Shown: positions 1 to 9,380 of the stretch, piece by piece
Layout of the letters: every line of letters starts with the position of its first letter
Numbering within the stretch: the first letter of the stretch is position 1
NCBI RefSeq assembly: GCF_000143415.4
Contig: NW_003314587.1
Span: forward strand, 1-10,820
Reading direction: 5' to 3'
DNA from: Selaginella moellendorffii
Lineage: Eukaryota > Plantae > Lycopodiophyta
DNA length: 10,820 bases
Program-made: the position numbers and the translations under genes
Notes under the pieces: model-generated
Told to the model about the DNA's origin: nothing
What the model saw: only the letters and a program-made list of their open reading frames with translations
Databases searched by the model: none

Positions 1-1038
1 TTCAAGGATAGCATCCTCCAGACTGGAGAAAAAGTAAGGAAGACTAACCAGCTTCGCCTGCAGGAGCTCCATTCGCTTACAGACCTCAACATAATTGGGT
101 ATTCGCTCCATCATATACCTGGACCAACAGAGAAAGGAATGAGTTAGAGAGGGTAATTCGATGGTGTTTCCTTACATGTTTTCCGCTGCTGCAACAAGAA
201 TCTGGTCTTCCGGCCCAGAACGTAGGGCCGAGTATGACAAGTCAGGGAGGGCCTTGTACACCGGCAGCCGGGTGTTGATCATCCAGCAGTAGCCGTGGTA
301 CATGCATGTCTGCACAAGGCGTTAACTACATATCACTGGAACGAGAAACTGCTTACTATCAAAGCATGGTCGTGGGGACTGATGGACTCTGGTGGCCTTG
401 CAGTCAAGAGCAAGCTGGTAAAAGGGCTAGTGTTGATCGCGTGGATCAACTGGGAGAGGGCATGCACGTCGTCGATGCACGTACCGGTTGGCGCCGGGTA
501 CGCACCCCTTCCACCGGAAGACGTAGCCACTTACCTTGTACTCGTGGAGCACATCTCGCAGCAGTCGCAGGAGAACTCGGTCCTTCGTCTTCCTGTAGAA
601 CCGCGTTCCAATCCTAGACCGGATCATGGGCTCGGCCTACTTCCACTACGAGCAGCCCTCCCGATGCAGCCAGACGGGGCGCTGCATCATGGCTGGGGAT
701 GCTTCGAGTTCCTCCAGCTGGGAGGATTGTAAAACCCGAAGAGAAAGCAACGAGATGTAGCGAAGGTCCTCGTCGGTGACACCGTTTGTGGGAACTAGCC
801 GGAGGTAGAGTTCGCGCTCTTGAAGGCTGTCAAAGAGTAGAGAAGCTGGACGAGACGGCCCAGCTTGCCCAGTCCGCCCCAATCGAAGAGAAAGTTGGTC
901 TGGCACCTGGACACTAGATAGGCTTCCTCGCTCCCACGACTCGGCAAGAGCTCTAACCAATTTGCTCTTACCGGCCAGCTCCCTGCGGTGCGCCATAGCC
1001 AAGTCCCTCTGCCACAGCACCCTCCTCATTCTCTCCAT
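1..1038 (-). pseudogene. Spliced gene of an unrecognised family (copy L), disrupted by an 82-bp inversion at 607-688; runs off the window start. Proposed exons: 1038-535, 449-357, 309-176, 118-<1 (possible further donor at 48)
   Basis: Three GT-AG introns join with consistent phase: 450-534 (AAG|GTAAGT...CCCTCTCCCAG), 310-356 (ATA|GTAAGC...GTGCAG), 119-175 (AT|GTAAGG...GTCCAG). Joined reading: ...RFYRKTKDRVLLRLLRDVLHEYK|LIHAINTSPFTSLLLTARPPESISPHDHALI|TCMYHGYCWMINTRLPVYKALPDLSYSALRSGPEDQILVAAAEN|MYMMERIPNYVEVCKRMELLQAKL... ORFs 646..1038 and 427..627 share a frame, separated only by two TAG stops that both lie inside the inverted segment. Paralog at 9478-9909. Confidence 0.65.
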
Positions 1039-1128
1039 TTACCCTAATCCTTGCCACGAGACACGTATTTATTCTCGTTTCAGTTGAGAATATACTTTAT
1101 ATACTGCTCTTTTAACATACCTTTTCTC
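689..1128 (-). repeat. Left arm of a ~440-bp inverted duplication (partner ~9381-9815)
   Basis: The reverse complement aligns by eye to 9381-9815, including upstream non-coding DNA (TATTCTCAACTGAAACGAGAATAAATACGTGTCTCGTG vs TATTCTCAACCGAAACAAGAATAAATAGGTGTCTCGTG) and long near-identical coding runs (FDSLQERELY, PTNGVTDEDLRYIS, LSLRVLQSSQLEELE). Confidence 0.95.
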
Positions 1129-1331
1129 AAAGGCTCGCCAAGGTTTTGGATTAGTTATTGATGATGGAAGCTTAGATTGAAGAACACCTCTGTGGAACAC
1201 CTTTGGCCACAAAGTCATTTTCCTTAGACTTTGATGCCACTGGCTTTGGTTCCTCTTGCTCGCTTTCCTCGTCAACTCCTCGCAATGCAACATCCTATTT
1301 GTCCCACTCGTCCATGGCGCTCACTTTTAAA

Positions 1332-3493
1332 CTACAAAACGTGAGAGTCCGAGGAGAAAGCATTGGAGAGCAGCACAAAAGCCTGTCCAAGCTCCTCGTC
1401 CATTTCCACAAGCCTCTGTGCGGCAAAAGCCGCTTTTTCCAGATCGATGCTACCTCTGGATGATCCCAGCAGCGCCTTCCAAGCTACAGTATCCGCTTCA
1501 AACGGCATTCCCTCCACCACTTCCCGAGCAAAATCCACGCGCCCTGCTCGTCCTAGAAGATCAGCCATGCACAGGAAGTGCTCCAAGCTCGGCCGCGAGG
1601 AGTGATCCGAAACCAAGATCTGGAACAAGAGCTTACCCCGCTGGAGAAGCCCGGCATGGTTGCAGGCCACGAGAGCACACACGAAAGTGGTCGAGTCCGG
1701 GGTCACACCCTCCAGCTCCATTTCCAGCAGCAACTCCAGGCTCTGGCTTGAGTCTCCGGTGTGAGCCAGCGCCGCGAGGATTGTGTTCCAGAGCACGGAC
1801 GATGCGCCAAAACCAGCTCGGAATGCGTGAAAAACTTCTCTCGCGGTCCCGACGCTCCCACACTTGGCGTACATGTTCACCAGCGAGCTGCAGAGGAACG
1901 CGTCAGCTTGCATCATCTTTCTCTCGATCAGGAGCTCATGAAAGATCTTACCGGATGACAAATCTCCCAGCAAAGAACACGCACCGAGAAGCGTCGACAG
2001 AGTTGTGGAGTCGGGATCCATCTTCATATCTTCATACAGCTCCAGCGCTTCTTTCCCTCGACCGCTCTGGACATATCCCCCGAGCATCGTGTTCCATGCC
2101 ACCAAGTCTCGCCGCTCCATTCGATCAAAAACGCCCCTGGCAGAAGCACAGTCGTCAAAGCTAGCATACATCTTCCCAAAGCAGTCTCCAAAACAAGGCC
2201 AGTGTTCTCGAGCTTACTTGCAAGAATTCGCTGGTGGATCGCCTTTCCTTGCTCCAAAGTCGAGCACGCAGCTAGAACAGTGGAGTATGTCACTCTGTTG
2301 GGCGGAACGTTCATCGCATGGTAGATCTCCAGTGCCTCGAGGCTATGCCCGTGTTGTGCATATCCACCAATCATGGCAGTATGCACCACGACGCTCTTCT
2401 GCGCGATGCCATCAAAAACTCGTCGAGCATCGGCCACTGCCCCGCATTTCCCATAGAAGTTCACAACAGCGACTTGGAGAACTTGATCTTCCTTGTCGAA
2501 TCCACAGCAAACAGCTCGCGAATGGATCATCTTTCCGGTTTTCAAGTCCCTGGAGCTCGAGCAGGCACCAAGAACCGTGGTGAGAGTCCTGTGATTCGGC
2601 TCTAGCCCCTCCAAGTCAATGGAATGGTATGCCCCGAGAGCTTCCCTGACAAGCCCGTGCTGGGCATACCCAGCGATCATAGCGTTCCACGGAGCCACAC
2701 TCGCCACCTTTGTCTCCTCCAAGAAAGCTCTGGCGATCTCCACACGACCAAGCCTCGAGTAGAAGCTTACGATCGAGGTTTGCGCCATTGCCTCGAAGAA
2801 AATCGCAGGAAACTCCGCCAGAGTTCTCGTGTGGATTGATCGCCCCAGCTCCAGATCGTCGCAGGACCCGAGACCGCTGGAAAACGAGATCTCATTCGGC
2901 TCAATGCCGGTAAAGATCATCTCGTTGTAAGCATGAGCGGCTTCTCTCGAATGCCCGTTCCGGGCATATGCGGTGAGCATCGCGTTCCAGGATACCAGGC
3001 TCTTCTCCGGAATGGATTGGAACACGGATCTCGCGAGATCGACCCTCCCGTATCTACCATACAACGCCACGAGAGAATTTTGGAGCATGAGATCAAATTC
3101 CAGCCCCGAGGAAGAGATATGGCGATGGATTGCGGTACCTTGAGCCGTGTTCGTGCAAGCTCCAAGAACTCGAACAAACGTGTGCCGGTCGGGCCTCTCT
3201 CCCTCGAGTGCCATTCGCCGAAAGAGATACAGCGATTCTTCCCCTCGTCCATTGCCCGCGTACGCGCCGATGACGAAATTCCAGCACAGAGAGCTCTTCC
3301 GGGGCAGCGATTCAAACAGGGATCGAGCTCGATCGACGCTGCCGCACTTGCCGTAGAGCTGGATGAGCAGCGCTCCGAGATCTGGATCCGTGCCGAATCC
3401 GGCCGCCGCAATGCAAGAGTGGAGAGAGATCGCGTCGGGGAGATTGGCGGCGCACTGCCGAATCGCCCGGGCGTAGGCGTGGATCAGTGGCAT
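1332..3493 (-). pseudogene. Intronless PLS-class pentatricopeptide repeat (PPR) gene with C-terminal E domain and no DYW; one 1-nt frameshift at ~2175 (pseudogene or assembly error)
   Basis: Repeated P-L-S motifs (LIQLYGKCGSVDRARSLF, WNAMLTAYARNGHSREA, VVNFYGKCGAVADARRVFD, SSLVNMYAKCGSVGTAREVF) and an E-motif end (EHFLCMADLLGRAG...MPFEADTVAWKALLG...FVLLSN). First ATG is at 3493; the ORF-track start at 3547 is TTG. ORFs 2024..3547 and 1332..2171 join at GCT TTG GG- AAG ATG TAT GCT (ETALxKMYA). Confidence 0.93.
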
Positions 3494-3601
3494 AAACCCT
3501 AACGGATATTCCTCTTTGAAATCTACTTGCCGTTTAAATCTGGGCAAAAACGTTTAGCTTTGAGTTCTCTCTCTCAATTTAGCGATTTGAAAAAATGGGC
3601 G

Positions 3602-3670
3602 GGAAATGAGAGTGACTCTTGAAGTAGGAAATGAGAGTGACTCCCAGAGGTAAAATCATAAAATCATAAA
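3602..3670. repeat. 17-bp direct repeat GGAAATGAGAGTGACTC x2 (3602-3618, 3627-3643) plus TAAAATCA x2.5 (3651-3670), upstream of the PPR start
   Basis: Read directly from the sequence; lies 110-180 bp upstream of the PPR ATG. Confidence 0.85.
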
Positions 3671-6559
3671 GCGTTTGCTGCTATATTTCTACAAAGGAGA
3701 ACGCGTTTGGTGGTCGAGCCAGCAGAGTCAAAGAGAGCTTCAACACAGGATGGAACTGATTTCCAGACCTGTCACACTTGTGGAGGAGGAGATTTCAGTC
3801 AGGCGCTGTGCATTTTCGAGTAGAGAAACAGCTCGGCTCTTTTAAACCAGCTGCAACTGAAGGTACTTCATGCTTTTGGTTTGCAAGATTTGTAATCAAA
3901 CTCGAGAACCAGGCGGGTTATAATCTTAGAGAAAGGAAAAGCATGAACGTTCAGGGCATGAGCTTCCTCTGGCGGATCAAGTTCAAGAGTAACTTTGCCC
4001 TTAACGGACCAAACGGGTAAAAGGAAGATGGTTTTGACAGTAGAATGCGAGGCGGCATTTGTCCACCTTCCACTGAACTATGCGTGCACGCTCATGGTCA
4101 CTGTCTGCTTGCAATTGTTCACGGATTGATCGATTTCGGTAGCATTTCTTTGCGAGGCCGAGCCCGTTGCTGGGGGTTTGGAGGATCTGGAGTGTTACTA
4201 ACGAGATTTAGGAGGAATTCTCGACGATCAAGAGGCAGAGATCACATAATTCCAGTGGCAGTGGAAATTTGCGCAAGTATATGTTGATTCGAACATCCTG
4301 GCCACACCGGCGAGAAACTGGCCAAGCACTCTCGCAGGGCGATACCAATCGCGCTGGGATGCATGGCCAGCTTCCTATATGAAAAACACTTTGAACTAGA
4401 AAGAAATCTTTTCTTAGAATAGGTTTTTTGTTAAATTGATTGTAGCAAAGTGAATCCTGGTCACTCGTGATTCTCAAAGCGCGCGAGTCATGTTTCCAAG
4501 GATGGATTGACGGGTTCGATTTTTGGTGCGATATTTTCTTTTCTTGCTCGTTCATTTTCTTAGCCGGGCTTGAATACCTTTCATGTGTGATATTTCATTA
4601 CTCTCTTGACCGTCACCTAGGGCAAGCTCGTAACCACCATTTTTCTCTGCCAGTTTCTCACCAAGTTACAGTGCTGTTTTCCAGGAACGCTTCCGATAAC
4701 AGGCCAGTTTCAAGACGATGATCTCCAAGAGTTCCCGATGGATCTAGACGAGGACAACAGTGCCAGCGAGAAAAGCAAGGAGGTTCCTTGCGCAACAACT
4801 CTAAAACGCAGCCCCGAGCTCTCGGGAATGAGGGCAGTTGTTATGGCTCTTCGCTAATTTGCACAACCCGTAAGCTCTATCAATCTCTTTGGCTTTGCCA
4901 GGATGTAAGCTTGAATGCTTGTAAGTTTCCAAGAAAAGAAGAAAAAACTGAAGTTTGCACAAGAATTGGCCATCACGAAGAAACAGGTAAGATTGTTAGC
5001 CATTGAATATTTCTTTTTTGTTTGTCATTTTTCTTCAGCAATAGCAGAGCTAGACTGCTCGAGAGAAACAATTAAGCAATGAAACATGCTTGTGCCACTG
5101 AGCCTGAGTTCTCTGCCGTCGGTTGCGTGTCGGATGCCGTTGATGCCTGCGTCAGGATTGGTGTTTCTCGCTTGAAAAGCTCCGCAATCGCGACGAGAGG
5201 ACGACGCATCCATAGCAATCGAAGCAATGATTCTGACGAGCAGAACTGGAGATTTCGAGCCTCATTTCGTTCTTGGCTTTCTTGGACGGGCAGGCCTCTC
5301 TGTCTGTCTCTCTCTCCCCCCGATTTGTTTGTTCCAGGATGCAAGCGGCTCACCGACAATGCATAAGCAATTCAGCAATTTAATGATTATTTTTCTTGAA
5401 ATAAAGCTACACAATTGGGTTATAGAACAAATATTATATTAATAATTTGCTGCGTTGCATGGTTTAATGATAGTATTAAATAATCCAATTGATCAAAAAT
5501 TATAAACAAATGAAAGAATAAACAAGAATATACTAGGAAGTTCTTAAGAACGTTTATAAATTAAAAATACAAAATTGAATAACAACCATTAGATGGTAGA
5601 ATATTTTAAATTATCCAAATATATTCTAGATATATTCACTGTTTTCTTAAGCAAACCAACAATCTATTTAATCTTTTATTTATAATTTTAGTAAAAAGAA
5701 AATAAATCATATTTAAAATCTAGAAAGTAAATGGTAATAGATATACCTATATGCTTGAATATTTGGGATATTCTACCATTATTCTTGTGTTTATCACTTT
5801 TAAACACCCTAATCAATTCTAGCTTATTTTAAACCATCACCCTATTTTTCCTTGTGAGATTTGGAACTTGTGCTGTCTCTGTAATGTTAATTTAGTATAC
5901 AAATACAATAGTCAATAATCAATCAAAAATACAAAATGAAGTGAATGAAAAAAAACAGTCAAAAACACACTTTGAAGCATTTATAGAATCCCAAATAAAT
6001 AAAATTTCTGGGACATTAAAAACTTGATAATCTAGCTAAGAAGGTAATAGTTATTTTCTTTATCTAATGTTTTTATGACATTATTAAAAACAATAGTTTT
6101 GAGATGGAAAACAAAAAAGAAAAAGCAAGATTTGAAGTTTACATTGTGTAATCTTGAATAAAATTGTTACTTTTAACTTTTTTTAATATTTAGAACCCTG
6201 CTTACCATGTATAGCAAATCTTTATAAATAAGAAATATTTAATTAATAATATATTTAGTCTTCGTGTTTATATGTTAAATATAAATTTATATTATAAACA
6301 TATTTGAAACAGTAATCTTTCTATAACTTTGTAAATTTATATATGTTAACAAAATACAAAAATTTATAATATACTTATTCCGGGAGCCAATTGTAAATCC
6401 CCAAATTCTATATCTTAAAGGCTAGTATGAAAGATACTATCGTTTCATACTCCAGAACAAGCTCTATTGTACCAGATACCTCCTCCAATGATGCTTCCAA
6501 GCTCAATCCTACATAGTACTCAAATAGCAGGCCTATGGCTGGCTTCTGTACTAGGCAAG

Positions 6560-6985
6560 GATTCAAAGCCCATGAACGGTTTGGGGCAATGTCACGGGGA
6601 CACTAGCAGCCAGACCTCTTGGAACGTACTGCGATGCCCTAACATGTAAAGAAAATTGACTTTTCCAATTTGTCTGAAGAGCGAAAATCCAAGGTTTTCA
6701 ACAGTCATCACAGCCGGGTCTTTCAGCTTTGGTCCAAAAGTACACCTAGCACAAGCACGTGTCCCATATTCTTATCCCACTTATGCTGGATAGAAAAGGA
6801 CGACTACAGGTGAGTGACTTGTCCAGCAATCCATTCGTCATGTGCTTAGACAAGGAGCCTGTTTGATCCCTCGGAGCAAAACCCAAGCAGCTTTACCAGG
6901 TTCCAGTGATGGAGACTTCCAGCACCGAGTAACTGGAAGAAAAACAAAGCAAACTTGTGACTGCCACTAGTCTAGGCAGTTCCTA
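6560..6985 (-). pseudogene. Degraded receptor-like Ser/Thr kinase (RLK/Pelle) catalytic-domain remnant
   Basis: 6920-6849 reads GSLHHWNLVKLLGFCSEGSNRLLV, then after a 2-nt loss HMTNGLLDKSL. This matches the RLK consensus GxIHHxNLVxLLGFCxEGxxRLLVYExMxNGSLDK. Weaker, colinear motifs: ELPRLVAV (subdomain II, 6982-6959), VLLD (VIb, 6743-6732), ENLGFS (decayed DFGLS), MLG..YVP..WLL..PVT (VIII). Multiple stops and frameshifts; boundaries approximate. Confidence 0.85.
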
Positions 6986-7251
6986 TCCAACTCGGTTTGG
7001 GGGAAGTCTCCACCATGATAACTCTTTGTGGAGAGCTTATAGTGCCTCACCGCAAGCAGAAACAAGCTTGTACCCCTTATAAGGTCATTACCAGCTTTTA
7101 TACGTTTTATTCCATTAAAATCAAAACAGCAGAAAAAGATTTATTTTTTTATTTTTTTCTTATTTGTAAAACATTTAATCATATTAATTATATAATATTT
7201 GGATTTAATATATAAATTTATAAAATACCCTTTAATCCCTTTCTTGATATT

Positions 7252-8995
7252 TTATCGCCTTGTGAATGTAAGTTGCATACCATGAAGTGGTTTGAGAGTC
7301 ACGCCCGACACAGGGCAGTGCTGATAATTTGGTGAGTGGCTTGCAGAAAACCTCCTAAGAATCATAGCGAGTGCGATTTTGGCCTCGACGAGAGCAAAAG
7401 TCTGCCCGATACAAACCCGCGGCCCGAAAGAAAAGGGCATGAAGGCATTGGGATGCTTGCACGCCTTGGAAGCTCCTCTCGCAAATCGCTCTGGGTTGAA
7501 TTCGTGGGCATCGCCACCCCATTGCTCCTTGTCGTGGTGCATGGCCAGGATTGGAATGACGAGAACAATACCTTTGGGAATGCTGATCTTATCGCCCATG
7601 GTTGTGTCATTGAAGGTCCCTCGTTGAATGATTGGTATAGGAGGATAGAGTCGCAATGTTTCGTTTAAGATCATTCCAACCTGGAAAACAAAATCACAAG
7701 ATTGAATTTACGATAAGTTTTGTTTGCTTACCAGCTTTAGCTTGTTTAGAGCCTCGGCATTGATCTCATCTTCTTTACAAACCTCAAGAACTTCTTTGCG
7801 GGCGCGGTCTTGCCATTCACGGTGTTGTGAAAGCAAATACATTGCCCAAGTTAAGAGGGTGGCCGTGGTTTCCTGCCCAGCAATGTAGAACGTCTTGCAC
7901 TCTCCAACGAGTTTGTCATCTTTGAAAGCCGGGTTATCTTTGCTCTGCTCCAACATCAGACCCAGCAAGTCTCTCCCATACGAAGCTGATTTGCGGCGAT
8001 CTTTGACGAGACCAAGCAATATTGCATCGAGCTCCTTTTGGACTTCCCATAGTTGGAGGTTTTCCCTCAGTGGATGCAACCTGAAAGATCCATAGTTTAA
8101 TTATTACCAGTGATATATTACCTTCCAAAGGGCATCCATTGCATTGGTGAGAATGCAATCTTGGTCAAAAGCTCAGCTTGCAAGTTGAGAAGATGAAAAA
8201 TCCTTCTGCCCTTCTCAAAGCTGCTTCCAAATGCAGTGTGGGAGATCACATCCGCAGCCAGGAAGGAGAACTCCTTTTCAACATCAATCTCAAATTCTCC
8301 ATCGTTATCCCATCTGGACAGCACTTTAGAGGTGCAATCGACCATGGTTCCAGCCATGATATTCTGCAAATAATAATTAAAGTATGTTGAAAAGCAATTA
8401 TTTTCCTGAATTTTACCTTGAGCTTTTCCAGATGAAAAGCTGGGCCGACCACTCTTCTGTGCTGAGCCCAGTGCTCACCATTTGAAGCAACGAGACCGTA
8501 ACCAAGCAATTTGATAAGAGTGGCTTGGATCGAAGCAGACTTTCCAAATGACTGTGGATTCTTCGATAAAACCCATCTTACCACCTCAGGATCAGTGACA
8601 GTCATCCGTAGCTCATTCCCCCACCAGTACATGTACGGCATTTCTGGAATTTCGAAGAGAACAGAAAGAATTTAACCTAGCTATGTTCATAGTACCGTAC
8701 CATATTTCTTGGAGAAGCTATGAATGTCTGGAAGAACGTGCGAAAGAATATCATGATCTCCATCAAACTCGAGCGTGAATTTCCGCTTGGAGAACCTCCG
8801 CTTGAGCACCTCGTCCTTGTTTCCGCCCTTGAAGAGCTGAGGCGGGCCTAGAGAAGGACCCTTGATCCCCTGCTTCCTCAGAACAGCCTCTTTTCTACTT
8901 GGAGCGATCCAAAACTTCCAAAGCAAAGCATACACAATCACACCCACAAGTCCAGTTGCTAGAACTGGGATCACGAAAACCATATCTAGTTCCAT
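7252..8995 (-). CDS. Cytochrome P450, CYP72 clan; 5 exons (8995-8701, 8643-8417, 8363-8122, 8080-7732, 7680-7252), 513 aa, intact
   Basis: N-terminal membrane anchor plus LRKQGIKGP, C-helix WAQHRR, I-helix AGQETT, K-helix ETLR, PERF and heme motif FSFGPRVCIG. Four GT-AG introns of 57, 53, 41 and 51 nt in phases 1,0,2,0, the usual CYP72-clan 5-exon layout. Exons sum to 1542 nt (514 codons) with no internal stop. Family within the clan cannot be assigned by eye. Confidence 0.96.
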
Positions 8996-9008
8996 AGCAA
9001 TATTCAAC

Positions 9009-9368
9009 TCTAGAAATTCTCTACTCTTAAATGTTAAGGTAACATGCTATTCCTGACATTTTGTTCAACCATTTTGCAAGAGTTCAAACCAACTGTTTTA
9101 AAAGCATGTAATAAAATATGAATTAAAATAAAAGTATTGCAAAAAACTAAAATGTCTCATCCTTTGAAATCACATGAAATTCTTTTGTTAAAGGGGGCTT
9201 GCAAATACTGGAAAATATCTAACTTAGAGAAACAAAAGAATTCTAGAAATTCTCTACTCTAGGTGTTTGAGGTTACGTGTCATTCCTATTTGCGTGCGTC
9301 TATACATGTTCCAAAAGATACCCATTTGTCATGTTCACGTGAATTAAAAATAAAAGTATAGTTAAAAT
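9009..9368. repeat. Diverged ~130-bp direct duplication in the P450 5' flank (~9009-9145 and ~9242-9368)
   Basis: Exact TCTAGAAATTCTCTACTCT at 9009-9027 and 9242-9260, followed by similar GGT(A/T)AC(A/G)TG..ATTCCT and TGAATTAAAA(A)TAAAAGTAT blocks in both copies. Confidence 0.8.
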
Positions 9369-9380
9369 TTCTCACAAGCT

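Noticed and set aside
23-48. 26-nt GT-AG mini-intron on the - strand
   Set aside because: Implausibly short and the frame is open without it; the donor at 48 may instead pair with an acceptor outside the window.
295-732. + strand 145-aa ORF with GLAVKSKLVKGLV resembling LAGKSKLVRAL, suggesting a third paralog
   Set aside because: DNA similarity is weak, the - strand carries three phase-consistent introns, and the real + strand match (607-649) is explained by the micro-inversion.
1363-3502. Many + strand and alternate-frame ORFs overlapping the PPR gene
   Set aside because: Antisense or shadow frames of a GC-rich coding region with no recognisable motifs.
6230-6380. AT-rich palindromic stretches
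   Set aside because: Low-complexity AT sequence yields such matches by chance.
1332-8995. PPR + kinase + P450 as a functional or biosynthetic cluster
   Set aside because: No known shared pathway, only one metabolic enzyme, and two of the three genes are disrupted.
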